Source: an uncultured Gemmataceae bacterium (GTDB taxonomy: Bacteria > Planctomycetota > Planctomycetia > Gemmatales > Gemmataceae). From it: a stretch of DNA of 64,000 nucleotides. Under the pieces are notes generated by a model. It was not told where the DNA came from, made no database searches, and worked only from the letters and a program-made list of their open reading frames with translations. The position numbers and the translations under genes were made by a program. The stretch is taken from assembly GCA_963750165.1 (NCBI GenBank), contig CAVVPN010000003.1, forward strand, positions 1,568,001 through 1,632,000, read 5' to 3'. Positions 1 through 9,298 of the stretch are shown here, piece after piece; the first letter of the stretch is position 1; each line of letters opens with the position of its first letter.

Positions 1-16
1 AGAAATTGGGGCAAGC

Positions 17-280
17 ATGAAATGGACAGTCGTGTGGCAGCCGTCGGCGGAACGACGGTTGACTGAGCTCTGGAACAACGGGCCGGATCGCGCCGCGATC
101 ACCGTGGCTGCCAACGCAATCGACCAGATGCTGGCCAGTAATCCGCTGTCCGTCGGGGAAGCCCGGGACGGCAACAGGCGAATCGTCGTCGTGCCGCCCC
201 TGGCTGTTTATTACACGGTCAGCGAACCAGATCGTCTGGTGTCGGTATTTGATGTCTGGCGCTGGGGAAAGGCTCCCTGA
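17..280 (+). CDS. RelE/ParE-like type II toxin-family protein
   Basis: 87 aa with a RelE-like pattern (VVWQPSAERRL...RIVVVPPLAVYYTV...VSVFDVW). The ATGA at 17-20 suggests coupling to an upstream partner outside the window. Confidence 0.6.
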   Translation: MKWTVVWQPSAERRLTELWNNGPDRAAITVAANAIDQMLASNPLSVGEARDGNRRIVVVPPLAVYYTVSEPDRLVSVFDVWRWGKAP

Positions 281-308
281 CACAGGGCAGGAATGTCCCA
301 GACTGCGT

Positions 309-1498
309 TCACGCCGCCTGCCTGCGCCGCGTTGCCGCCTCGAAGACGCGCAGCAGTTCCCGATAATGATGCTCGAAGGTCCACTGCTGCCCGGTTCGCC
401 GCGCCGCCTGGCGCACGCCGCCCGCCGCGCCGGGTCCAGCAGCTGCCCCAGGCACCACGCCAGCCGCTCGTGGTCGTGCGGGTCATCGACGACATAGCCC
501 TCGCGTGGCGGCTGCAACAGTTCACTGGCGCCGTTGCGGCGCGTCGTCACCACCGGCAGGCCGCACGTCAGCGCCTCCAGCACCACCAGCGAGCACGGGT
601 CGTAGAACGTCGGATGCACCAGAAAATCCGCGGCGAAGTAGCTGTTGCGCATGTCCGGGCAGGGGCCGACGAAGTAGAACTTCTCGCTCACCCCGAGCCG
701 CTGCGCCAGCCGCTGATAGCGGCCGTAGTCGAGGCCGCCGGCCACCAGCACGCGGAACGTTTTGGCCGCCGCCGCGAAGTCCGGGTGGTCGCACAGCCGC
801 CGCACCGCGTGCAGCAACGGCACCAGTCCCTTCAGGCGGTAGTTCATGGCCGCGAACACCGCGATGGTCTCGTGCGCTCCGAAGCCCAGCACTTCACGCC
901 ATTCAGCGCGGCGGCGCGGCCGGTCGTGCTCCGCGAAGCGCTGCGGGTCGATGGCGCTGCGGACCACATGTACGTCGTCGGAGCCGTAGCCGAGGTACTG
1001 CATGAAGTGCCGCCGCACCATCTGGCTGTTGACGACCACCAGCGGCCGCCGCGGCCCCAGGTACTGGCGGCGCTCCAGGCAGCGGTACGACCAGTGAGCG
1101 AGGTCCAGCCCCTTGGCCACGCGCGCCAGACCGCGCTGCCAGACGGTCGCATGTTTGTCGATGTTGTGCTCCGCGGAGGCGCTGTGCAGGCCGCCCTGCG
1201 GGTACAGCACGTCCTGGCCCCACGTCTTGTCGAAGCCGACGGTCACGTCATGGCGGGCGCCGCGCAGCGCCTCGGCCACGCGCGTCCCGAAGCGCCACGG
1301 CCGCAGAAAACGCGGACCGCCCGGCGCCGGCAGCGCGTGGTAGTGCAGGCCCGGCGGCAGTGCGTCGGCGTCCCAGCGGCAGGCGTACAGGTGGACCTCG
1401 TGGCGATCCGCGACCAGGCGGCGGGCCAGGTCGGCGATGTAGGTTTCGCAGCCGCCGCGGCGCGGCAGCACGCTCTCGTAGCAGAACGCGATGTTCAT
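309..1498 (-). CDS. GT4 glycosyltransferase, WaaG/RfaG-like (1-nt frameshift near 410)
   Basis: Not in the ORF track. Manual translation gives MNIAFCYESVLPRRGGCETYIADLARRL...NYRLKGL...FLVHPTFYDPCSLVVLEALTCGLPVVTT. The natural C-terminus (WTFEHHYRELLRVFE...*) lies in another frame and stops at 309. Confidence 0.85.
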
Positions 1499-3912
1499 GC
1501 CCTGGCCCTCTTGCGATTATGCCGGCGATAACGGCCCCACTTGACGCGCACGCACCAGCGCAGCCAGCGGCCCGCGACCGTGCGCCGCCCCGCCCCCAGG
1601 TAGTGCCGCCAAAAACGCAGGCGGTCGCGGGCGTCAAGGCCCTCGACCTCGGAGGAGTACAACAGCTGCGCCAGATCCTTGACCTGCCACAGCGGCCACG
1701 TCCACAGGTGCCGGCTGAGCCGGTGCAGGTCGATCAGATGCACGCGGCCGTGCCAGTCCGCACCGCCGGCCAGCGCGTCGGCCCGCGGGATGTAGAAGTG
1801 GCACAGATACAGATCCTTGTGGAACCGGCGGCGGCCGTGCAGTTCGCGCGTCAGCCGGGCCAGCTCCGCGATCAGCGTGCGCTTCCAGCGAGCGAACGCG
1901 GCGGCATCGAGGCTTCGGGCCGCCAGCGGGATCGCCTCGTGCAGCGGCAGCATGTCCGTCAATTCCTCGACCGCGAGCACGCTCTGCAGCCGGCCCCAGG
2001 GACCGACGTATTGCCCCACCGCGACGGCACGCGGCACCGCCAGGCCCTGGCTCCGCGCCCATTCGAGGTGCCGCCACTCCTGCAGCGCGGGCGACCAGGC
2101 GGCGTCTGGCCACAGCGTCGCCAGCAGGCCCTGCCACCAGCCCAGGCGGTAATGCCGCTTCAGATAGACGCCCAGGCGCCGGCCGTCCGCATGCAGCACC
2201 CAGCGGCCGGTGGAGCGGCCCTGCTTGGCGTGGAAGCGGTCCGTCACGGCCACCTGCATGATGCGCTCAGGCCAGTCGGCGCCGGCGAACTGCGGCCAGT
2301 CGGGGCGGGCGCGGACGCGACGCACGCCACGCACCAGCCGCTGCCAGAAGGTTTCGCTCATCGCGTCACCCCCTGTCCCGCGCATGGCCCGGGCCAGCCG
2401 TCGCGCCTCCGCCGTTTTCCAGGGCACGCCGAGGTAGTCCAGCAGGAAGCGCAACCGCTCCGTGGAACTGCATATCAACATGTTTTGATCGATCAGGCGG
2501 CGCAGGTCGCGCGCGGCCAGTCGCGACCGTGGTTCGCGGGCGCGGCGCACGCCGTCCAGGTTGGCCAGCAGCACGGAGACGGTGCCACCAACGGCGCGGA
2601 CGGCCAGCCCCTCGGCGGCGGCCAGGGAACAGCCGGCGTCGTGCAGCCGGCGCAGCAGGCGGGCGGCCTGCGCCAGGGCCATCCGCCGGGCCGGACCGGA
2701 GGCGGCACGCAGCCAGTCCGCCAGGCTCACAAGGCCGACGGGCGTCTCGGTCAGCAAGAACGATTGCGCCCGCCACGGCCACAGGAGGCGCTGGCCGAAC
2801 GCCAGCAGCCGCGGCGCCGCGACGCCGTGCCGTTCCAGGCGAAACAGCAGCGCGGCCCGGGCCAGTTCGGGCGAGGTTGGCCTGCTGTGCCGCAACATCC
2901 CGCCCAGCGCCGCCAGTGGCCGGCGGCAGGAACGCCGCGTCAGGGTGCCGAGACGGCCGTGGCCCAGTGCGACGGCGGAGGTCCGCACGCCGTCGAGTCC
3001 CCAGCCGGCATCACCGAGCCGCAGCCAGTGCGGCACACGCCCCGCCAGCTCCGCGGCGAAGGCGGGCGTCACGCACAGCGCCTCACCGTCCAGCCACAGG
3101 ACGCCCGGCCGCTGCCGATCCGGCGTCGCCTCGCGCAGCTCGCGGAGGCGCCGCTTCGTCAGCAACCGATTTGCGTGCCGGCGCACATGCCCGGCGGCGC
3201 GGCGCAGCGGCGGCAGCCCGGGACTGGCACGCAGGTACGCGGCCAGGCAGCGCAGCCGTTCACGCGGCGACACCAGGCCATCCGCCAGCGTGGCGTCGAG
3301 CACGGCCAGGTCACGGCAGCGCCGCGCCCACGGCACCGTCGGCCGCCGCCGCGAGCGCTGCCAGTCGAGGAAGTGCAGGCGTGGCGCACCGTCGTCGTCA
3401 ACGGAGACCAGTACGTGCTTGGCGTACAGGTCGGGGTGGTCGAAGCCCGCGGCGTGGACGCGGGCCAGGGCGCGACCCAGCGCGGCGGCCAGGGCACGGC
3501 GGCGGGCCGGGTCGCGGCAGGCGGCCAGGTGGCGGCGCAGGTCCACGCCGTCGGGCACCTCGCGCAGCAGCAGGAAGGCGCGGCCACTGTGCTCGCCCAC
3601 GGCGACGGGCTCCGGACAGCCGACGCCGGCGGCCGCGAGTTGTTGCAACAGCCGATATTCGCGACGCGACTTGGTGACGAAACCGCAACCCGCCCAGGCG
3701 CTGGCCCAGCGGTCGCGCCAGGCGACGCGGTGTTCGCGCTTCAGGAAGACGGCGAGGCGCTGGCCCGGCGGCCCCAGTTCCAGGCGGGCGACGTGGCGAT
3801 CCGGATGGCCGCAGTGGATCAGGCCGCCGAGACGCAGGAAATCGCCCGCGGCGCTCAGCCCTTCGTGGGCCAGCGCGGCGTGGTGGCGCGGGTGGATTTC
3901 CAGGAACGCCAT
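1495..3912 (-). CDS. LPS kinase (Kdo/WaaP/InaA family) with three kinase-like modules; possibly two genes
   Basis: Start MAFLEIH overlaps the waaF stop. Motifs HPDLYAKHVL...FLDWQ and HKDLYLCHF...LIDLHR flank a degenerate middle module. Internal ATG at 2361 (MSETFWQ). Confidence 0.8.
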   Translation of the reverse strand: MAFLEIHPRHHAALAHEGLSAAGDFLRLGGLIHCGHPDRHVARLELGPPGQRLAVFLKREHRVAWRDRWASAWAGCGFVTKSRREYRLLQQLAAAGVGCPEPVAVGEHSGRAFLLLREVPDGVDLRRHLAACRDPARRRALAAALGRALARVHAAGFDHPDLYAKHVLVSVDDDGAPRLHFLDWQRSRRRPTVPWARRCRDLAVLDATLADGLVSPRERLRCLAAYLRASPGLPPLRRAAGHVRRHANRLLTKRRLRELREATPDRQRPGVLWLDGEALCVTPAFAAELAGRVPHWLRLGDAGWGLDGVRTSAVALGHGRLGTLTRRSCRRPLAALGGMLRHSRPTSPELARAALLFRLERHGVAAPRLLAFGQRLLWPWRAQSFLLTETPVGLVSLADWLRAASGPARRMALAQAARLLRRLHDAGCSLAAAEGLAVRAVGGTVSVLLANLDGVRRAREPRSRLAARDLRRLIDQNMLICSSTERLRFLLDYLGVPWKTAEARRLARAMRGTGGDAMSETFWQRLVRGVRRVRARPDWPQFAGADWPERIMQVAVTDRFHAKQGRSTGRWVLHADGRRLGVYLKRHYRLGWWQGLLATLWPDAAWSPALQEWRHLEWARSQGLAVPRAVAVGQYVGPWGRLQSVLAVEELTDMLPLHEAIPLAARSLDAAAFARWKRTLIAELARLTRELHGRRRFHKDLYLCHFYIPRADALAGGADWHGRVHLIDLHRLSRHLWTWPLWQVKDLAQLLYSSEVEGLDARDRLRFWRHYLGAGRRTVAGRWLRWCVRVKWGRYRRHNRKRARA

Positions 3913-4961
3913 CAGGACGCCTTTCTCTTCGGCCAGCGAGCGAGCAGTTCCACAGCGGCGGCGAACACCTCCGCCGTGCTCAGCGTCGTCATGCAGCGGT
4001 GGTCCAGCGGACACGTCCGCTGTTGACACGGGCCGCACTCGACCTGCTTTTGCAAATGCACCGCGGCGGGGTGGTACGTCTCCGTCCAGGCGATGTGCGT
4101 CGGCCCGAACAGCGTCACCTCCGGCCGGGCGAACGCGGCGGCGAAGTGCCGCGGGCCGCTGTCGGTCGTGATGAGCAGGTCGGCCCGGCGGACGCACGCC
4201 TTGGTCAGACCCAGCGACACCGCCTCGTCGGCCAGCGTGTAAACGCCGGACCGGTCGGCGTGGTGTTTGATGAGGCGGGCCAGGTCGCGCTCGGCCGGGC
4301 CACACAGCACCAGCACGCCGCAGCCGCGCTGGTCGATCAGCGTCCGCGCCAGGCGGCCGAACGACTCCGCCGGCCAGTGCTTTGCCGAGCCGAACGCGGC
4401 CCCGGGGTTCAGACAGATCACCTCGGTGTGGTGCGTGAAACCGGCGCGGCGCCAGACGGCGTCGGCGGTCTCCTCATCGGTGCGTGTCGTGAACAGCTCC
4501 AGGCGGTGACCCGGCCACGGACAGCCGGCTCGCTCCGCGAGCAGGTTGTAGGCGTCGATCACCGGGCTCGGTTTCAGCCGGCCGCGCTCGTCGCGATCCG
4601 GCGGCAGACGGTCGGTGAGCAGCCAGCCACGGCCGTAGCGGTCGTGGCCGATGCGGCGCCGGCAGCCGGCCAGCCACGCCACCAGCGCCGGTCGGAACGA
4701 GTTCGGAAAAAGCACCGCCAGGTCGGGGCGGTCGCAGCGCAGCTGCCAGGCGACGCCGGGCCAGCGCCGCGCCCACGGGCCGCGACGGTCGAGCACGAGC
4801 GTGTGGTCGAACCAGGGGCAGCCCTCGATGACGCCGGCGACGTGCGGCCGCAGCACCGCGGTCAGCCGGGCGTCGGCGAAGTGCCGCCGCAGCGCGCGCA
4901 GCGCGGGCGTCGCCATGACGGCGTCGCCCACCCAGTTCGGCAGAAAGACGGCGATGTGCAT
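3912..4961 (-). CDS. waaF: LPS heptosyltransferase II (GT9)
   Basis: PNWVGDAVMATPAL, LFPNSFRPAL, LNPGAAFGSAKHWP and TTDSGPRHFAAA motifs, in an LPS gene context. Confidence 0.9.
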   Translation of the reverse strand: MHIAVFLPNWVGDAVMATPALRALRRHFADARLTAVLRPHVAGVIEGCPWFDHTLVLDRRGPWARRWPGVAWQLRCDRPDLAVLFPNSFRPALVAWLAGCRRRIGHDRYGRGWLLTDRLPPDRDERGRLKPSPVIDAYNLLAERAGCPWPGHRLELFTTRTDEETADAVWRRAGFTHHTEVICLNPGAAFGSAKHWPAESFGRLARTLIDQRGCGVLVLCGPAERDLARLIKHHADRSGVYTLADEAVSLGLTKACVRRADLLITTDSGPRHFAAAFARPEVTLFGPTHIAWTETYHPAAVHLQKQVECGPCQQRTCPLDHRCMTTLSTAEVFAAAVELLARWPKRKAS

Positions 4962-4980
4962 GAGAATAAGGTTCAAGGAT

Positions 4981-5080
4981 TAGCCACAGAGGACACCGAG
5001 AACACAGAGAGAAAAACCCAGGTTATCCGACCACTTTTTCTCTGTTTTTCTCTCTGTGCTCTCGGTGTCCTCTGTGGCTA
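4981..5080. repeat. Long inverted repeat (REP-like)
   Basis: TAGCCACAGAGGACACCGAG...CTCGGTGTCCTCTGTGGCTA, with pairing extending inward; lies between hldE and waaF. Confidence 0.85.
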
Positions 5081-5092
5081 ATTGAGTTTCGT

Positions 5093-6588
5093 TCAGGCCG
5101 CCTTGAGTTTCGCCAGCACCGTCGTGGTCGAGAAGCCCGGCCGCAGCCGCGCCAGATGCACGCGGCCGCCGTAGGACTCTATAAACTCACTGCCCACCAC
5201 CTCGTCCGGCCGATAGTCCGCACCCTTGATGAGCACGTCCGGCCGCAGCGCCTGGATCAGCGCCAGCGGCGTCGCTTCCTCGAAGACGGTCACGAAGTCC
5301 ACCGCGTGCAGCCCGGCCAGCACCTGCGCCCGCGCCTCCACCGGGTTGACCGGCCGGCCATCGCCCTTGAGCCGCCGCACACTCGCGTCGCTGTTCAGGC
5401 CGACCACCAGCACATCGCCCTGCGCCCGCGCCTCCTGCAAATACTGCACATGGCCGGCGTGCAGGACGTCGAAGCAACCGTTGGTGAACGCCACGCGCTG
5501 GCCCAGCCGCCGCCGGCTCTCCAGCTCGCGGCGCAGCGGCTCCAGTGACAGCACCTTGTCACTGCCGGGTGACGCGCCGTTGTTCACCGTGCCGTTGTAG
5601 AGGATGTCGCGCAAAATCTCGTCGCGTGTCACCGTGGCGACGCCGATCTTCTCCACCTCCAGGCCGCCGGCGACGTTCGCCAAAGCAATGGCCACGTCGT
5701 AGTCGGCGCCCGCCGCCAGCGCCAGCGCCAGCACGCTCAGCACCATGTCGCCGGCACCCGTGATGTCGTACACCTGCCGCGGCCGCGTCGCGAACAGCTG
5801 CCGCCGGCCGTCGCGGTGTGCCAGCGCCATGCCGTCCTTGTCCAGCGTGATGACCGCCGCTTCCAGGTCCAGCTGCGTCTGCAACTGCACCGCTGCCTCG
5901 AACACCTCGGCGGCGCCCGTCAGCGGCGCCCGGCCGGTTGCCAGGCTCGCCTCCAGGCGGTTCGGCGTCAGCGCGGAGCAGCCGTGATATTTGCGGTAGT
6001 CGTGGCCGCGCACCGGGTCGGCGAGCACGCGCAGGCCCAGCGCCCGCGCCCCGGCGATGGTCGCGGCCAGCACGCCCGGCGTACACACGCCCTTGTCGTA
6101 GTCGCTGATGAGCACGATGTCGGTCTTGCGCAACTGCTGGCCGATGACCTGGCACAGGGCCGCCTCGGCGGGTGCCGGCACCGGGCGGCGCACTTCGTAA
6201 TCAACGCGAATCATCTGCTGCGGATGGCGGTGCTGGGCGCGGCCAATGTAGCGCTCCTTGACGGTGGTCGGCCGGTCGGCGTCGGTGACAACGCCCTCGT
6301 GATCGATGCCCAGGTCGGTCAGCGTCTGCCGCAGCCGGGCGGCGTCGGCGTCGGGGCCGACCACGCCGGCCACGGCCACGCGCGCCCCAGCGCTCGCAGC
6401 ATGGTTGCGACGCTGCTGGCGCCGCCGAGGCGCTCCTCGCGACGGTCGGCGTGCAGCAAAATGACGGGCGCTTCCTGGCTGATGCGCTCGGCGTCGCCCC
6501 AGACGTAGCGATCCAGCATCACGTCGCCCACGACCAGCACACGCGGTTGGCCCAGGTTCTGCACCAGTTCGATCAGGTCGGCGGACAT
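5093..6588 (-). CDS. hldE: Bifunctional heptose-7-phosphate kinase / heptose-1-phosphate adenylyltransferase (1-nt frameshift near 6385)
   Basis: N-terminus VLVVGDVMLDRY...RISQEAPV after a GGAGG RBS; SDYDKG and DITGAGD; C-terminal FTNGCFDVLHAGH, GLNSDASVRRLKG and KGADY. One extra G in the run at 6385-6388 joins the two frames. Confidence 0.92.
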
Positions 6589-6631
6589 GCGCACCTCCGT
6601 GTGCGTTGGGGCGGTCCTTCTTCGCTGCCGG

Positions 6632-6693
6632 CGAGCGGGGTCGCGTCAGCGCCCGTGCGCGGACGCGCACGGGCGCTGACGCGACCCCGCTCG
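6632..6693. repeat. Perfect 29-bp hairpin (REP-like)
   Basis: CGAGCGGGGTCGCGTCAGCGCCCGTGCGC-GGAC-reverse complement; resembles the hairpin at 34342. Confidence 0.9.
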
Positions 6694-6699
6694 TTTGAT

Positions 6700-7707
6700 T
6701 TACGCGGCGACGGCCACGTCCGGCGTCACCGCCGGCGCCGCCGCCAGTTCGCAGGCGACCGCAGCCTGCAACAGCGGCAGCAGCAATTCGTGATGGCCGA
6801 TCAACTCGATGCCCTCGCTGCTGGGCCGCTCCAGCACGTTGACGCGCGAACGGTACTGCACCTGCTTGTCGAAGTTGACCGTCACCAGGCCGTCGAGATT
6901 GTGGCCGAAGTTGTGAGCCACCGCCACCGCCTTGACGAACACCTCCGGCATCACCACGGCGCTGCCGAGGTTCAGCCAGACGCCGAACGCCATCCCCGCC
7001 ACGACGCTGCACAGACGGCGGAAGTCCGTCAGCGACGCCTCGCCCAGCGCCGCCCCGGAGACGTGCGGGTGCATATGCACAATGTCGGTGCCCAGCGCGA
7101 CGTGGATGGTGCAGGGGATGCCGGCCCGGTGGGCGGCCAGCACGAGACTGGTGTCGGCGTACGGCGGGTTCAGCGATTCCAGGTGGCGGCCCAGGCCGGC
7201 GCCCAGGCCGATGTCGTTCTCGGCGCCAACGCGGCCGGCAACCGCGAAGGCGTCGGCGGTCTCGCGGGCCATGCCGAACTGGCCGCTCGGCAGCTGGGCG
7301 GCCACGTCCTCACTGGTTTTACCGGCGACCGCCAGCTCGAAGTCGTGGATCGCCGCGGAGCCATTCATCGCCACCGCCCGGAGCACACCGCGGCGGATCA
7401 GGTCAATCAAATACGGGGCACAGCCGGTCTTGATGACGTGGCCGCCCAGCGCCGCGACAACGGTGCGACCGTCGGCCCTGGCCCGGCACAGGTGCTGGCA
7501 GACGCGGCGCAGCTGGTTGGCGGCCAGCTGCCGCGGCAGGCTGGCCAGCCAGTCCGCCAGCGCGACGCCGGCCTCGACGGGATGGCCCAGGTCGTCGTGA
7601 AAGACCTTCGACGGCCGCGACGCGAGTTCGTAGGTCTTCAGGCCGTGCAGATCAAACGGCGCCAGCGCGGTCTGATCGCACCCAGGCGGCAGGTTCCTTC
7701 CGTTCAC
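6700..7707 (-). CDS. Uncharacterised deoxyhypusine-synthase-like protein in the LPS operon
   Basis: GGHVIKTG, MNGSAAIHDFELA, IHVALGTDIVH and NLGSAVVMPEVFVKA motifs; start overlaps the lpxK stop. Confidence 0.6.
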   Translation of the reverse strand: MNGRNLPPGCDQTALAPFDLHGLKTYELASRPSKVFHDDLGHPVEAGVALADWLASLPRQLAANQLRRVCQHLCRARADGRTVVAALGGHVIKTGCAPYLIDLIRRGVLRAVAMNGSAAIHDFELAVAGKTSEDVAAQLPSGQFGMARETADAFAVAGRVGAENDIGLGAGLGRHLESLNPPYADTSLVLAAHRAGIPCTIHVALGTDIVHMHPHVSGAALGEASLTDFRRLCSVVAGMAFGVWLNLGSAVVMPEVFVKAVAVAHNFGHNLDGLVTVNFDKQVQYRSRVNVLERPSSEGIELIGHHELLLPLLQAAVACELAAAPAVTPDVAVAA

Positions 7708-8753
7708 CCGAGCACTTCTTTCAGTTTGTGGTCAAACCCGTCCTGCCCGGCCGTGACCGCGAGTTGAATGCGCAACGCCCACAACTCGCGGTCGCCCAGC
7801 CGGCTCAGCCGCAGTTTGACCAGGTCTTTCTGGGTCGTGACAACCACACACTCCGTTGCCTGTTGCCGTGCCCAGGACCGCAGCTCCTCCACGTCGGTCC
7901 GGGTGTATTGATGATGGTCGGGGTACGTCCGGAAGTCCGTCACCTCCCCCAACCCCGCCAGCGTGCGGCGAAACCCCTCCGGGTTGCCCAGGCCGCAAAA
8001 CGCCACCAGCGACCGCCCCGCCAGCCCCTTCACCGGCAGGGCCTGCCCGTCCGCATTCACCCACGCGGCCGGCTGATGCACCGATTCGGCCACCGTCAGC
8101 CCCGGGGCCACGCGCGCGACACGCTCCCGGATGGCGGCAACCGCCGCGGGCTCCACCTGGTCGCAGCGCGTCAGCAGCGCCACCTGCGCCCGTCGCAGAC
8201 CGCTGACCGGCTCACGCAACAGGCCGCGCGGGAACAGCTGGCCGTGGCCGAACGGGGCCGTCGCGTCGAGCAGCACGATGTCCAGCGCTCGCGCCAGCCG
8301 GCGGTGCTGGAAGCCGTCGTCGAGCACGAGCACTTCACTCTCCAGCTCCTCGACGGCCACCCGCGCCAGCGCCGCCCGGTCGGCCCCCTGCAGGTGCGGC
8401 ACGTCGGGCAGGTTCTCCTCCAGCACCAGCGCCTCATCGTTCACCCCCGCGCTGGCGCCGTAGCCGCGGCTCAGCACGGCGACCCGCAGGTCCAGGCCGC
8501 GGTAAAAGCGGGCGACGTACTCGACACACGGCGTCTTGCCGGTGCCGCCCAGCGTCAGGTTGCCGACGCTGACCACCGGCACCGCAGCCCGCTCGACACG
8601 CCGCCAGCCGCGGTCGTACAGGCCGTTGCGCAGGCGCACGCCGAGGCCGTAGGGAGCGCTCAGCAGCCGCAGCCCCAGGCGCTGCACGGCGGGCCAAATT
8701 CCGCGAGATTTACAGGCGATCAGGTCGTGATACTGTGTGTGCCAGGAACCCAC
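7704..8753 (-). CDS. lpxK: Tetraacyldisaccharide 4'-kinase
   Basis: VVSVGNLTLGGTGKTP, LSRGYG, LDDGFQHRRL, PRGLLREP, YPDHHQY and TTQKDLVKL. Confidence 0.95.
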   Translation of the reverse strand: MGSWHTQYHDLIACKSRGIWPAVQRLGLRLLSAPYGLGVRLRNGLYDRGWRRVERAAVPVVSVGNLTLGGTGKTPCVEYVARFYRGLDLRVAVLSRGYGASAGVNDEALVLEENLPDVPHLQGADRAALARVAVEELESEVLVLDDGFQHRRLARALDIVLLDATAPFGHGQLFPRGLLREPVSGLRRAQVALLTRCDQVEPAAVAAIRERVARVAPGLTVAESVHQPAAWVNADGQALPVKGLAGRSLVAFCGLGNPEGFRRTLAGLGEVTDFRTYPDHHQYTRTDVEELRSWARQQATECVVVTTQKDLVKLRLSRLGDRELWALRIQLAVTAGQDGFDHKLKEVLG

Positions 8754-8857
8754 GGTTGGCCCCGCCCGGTCGTGCTGGTTAGCAGGGGGCTGTGTTATAG
8801 CCCGAGTCGCGTTTGGCTGTCAACCGCGCCTTTTTTTAGCGCGCGTGGCGGTTGGGG

Positions 8858-8917
8858 GTAGCGGAAGTCGCCAGACTTCCGTCCAGCGCTACGCGGAAGT
8901 CTGGCGACTTCCACTAC
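8858..8917. repeat. REP-like inverted repeat
   Basis: GTAGCGGAAGTCGCCAGACTTCCG...CGGAAGTCTGGCGACTTCCACTAC. Confidence 0.85.
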
Positions 8918-8924
8918 AGACACA

Positions 8925-9042
8925 GGCCGTTCCCCGGAAGCGGGCTGGGCGGCATAATAGGGATAGTGCCAGGGAGGGCTTTCATCTCGTTTCATTTCAC
9001 AGACCCCCTGTCTGCCGCAGGGAACGCGTGGATTCCCTACCC
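8925..9042 (+). ncRNA. Candidate sRNA/leader with sigma70-like promoter, copy A
   Basis: About 84% identical by manual alignment to the reverse complement of 52741-52859. TTCCCC-17 nt-CATAAT is followed by two potential hairpins. Confidence 0.45.
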
Positions 9043-9105
9043 CCAGCCAGGCGCCGTTTACGTTTCGCGCTCGGTGCGCGCGAAACGTAAACGGCGCCTG
9101 GCTGG
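9043..9105. repeat. Perfect 28-bp hairpin, CGCGAAACGTAAACGG family
   Basis: CCAGCCAGGCGCCGTTTACGTTTCGCGC...GCGCGAAACGTAAACGGCGCCTGGCTGG; same core as 31790-31881. Confidence 0.9.
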
Positions 9106-9298
9106 CAGAACCAGCCGGACACCGATTCTTGGCCTTTCCCATCCTTCTTCCCCAGCCGCGCCATTTTGTCGTCACTTTCCTCATGGACATCTAATCATTG
9201 CCGGGTTACCTTTAATGAATTGCCGGGTTCAACGCCGGGACTGACTCCAACCCACGACTCACCTCCTCCCGCCTCGGAAGTGCAGAGGGCGACCGTCT

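Noticed and set aside
293..1531. 412-aa plus-strand ORF
   Set aside because: It is the antisense of the GT4 glycosyltransferase, which carries clear family motifs.
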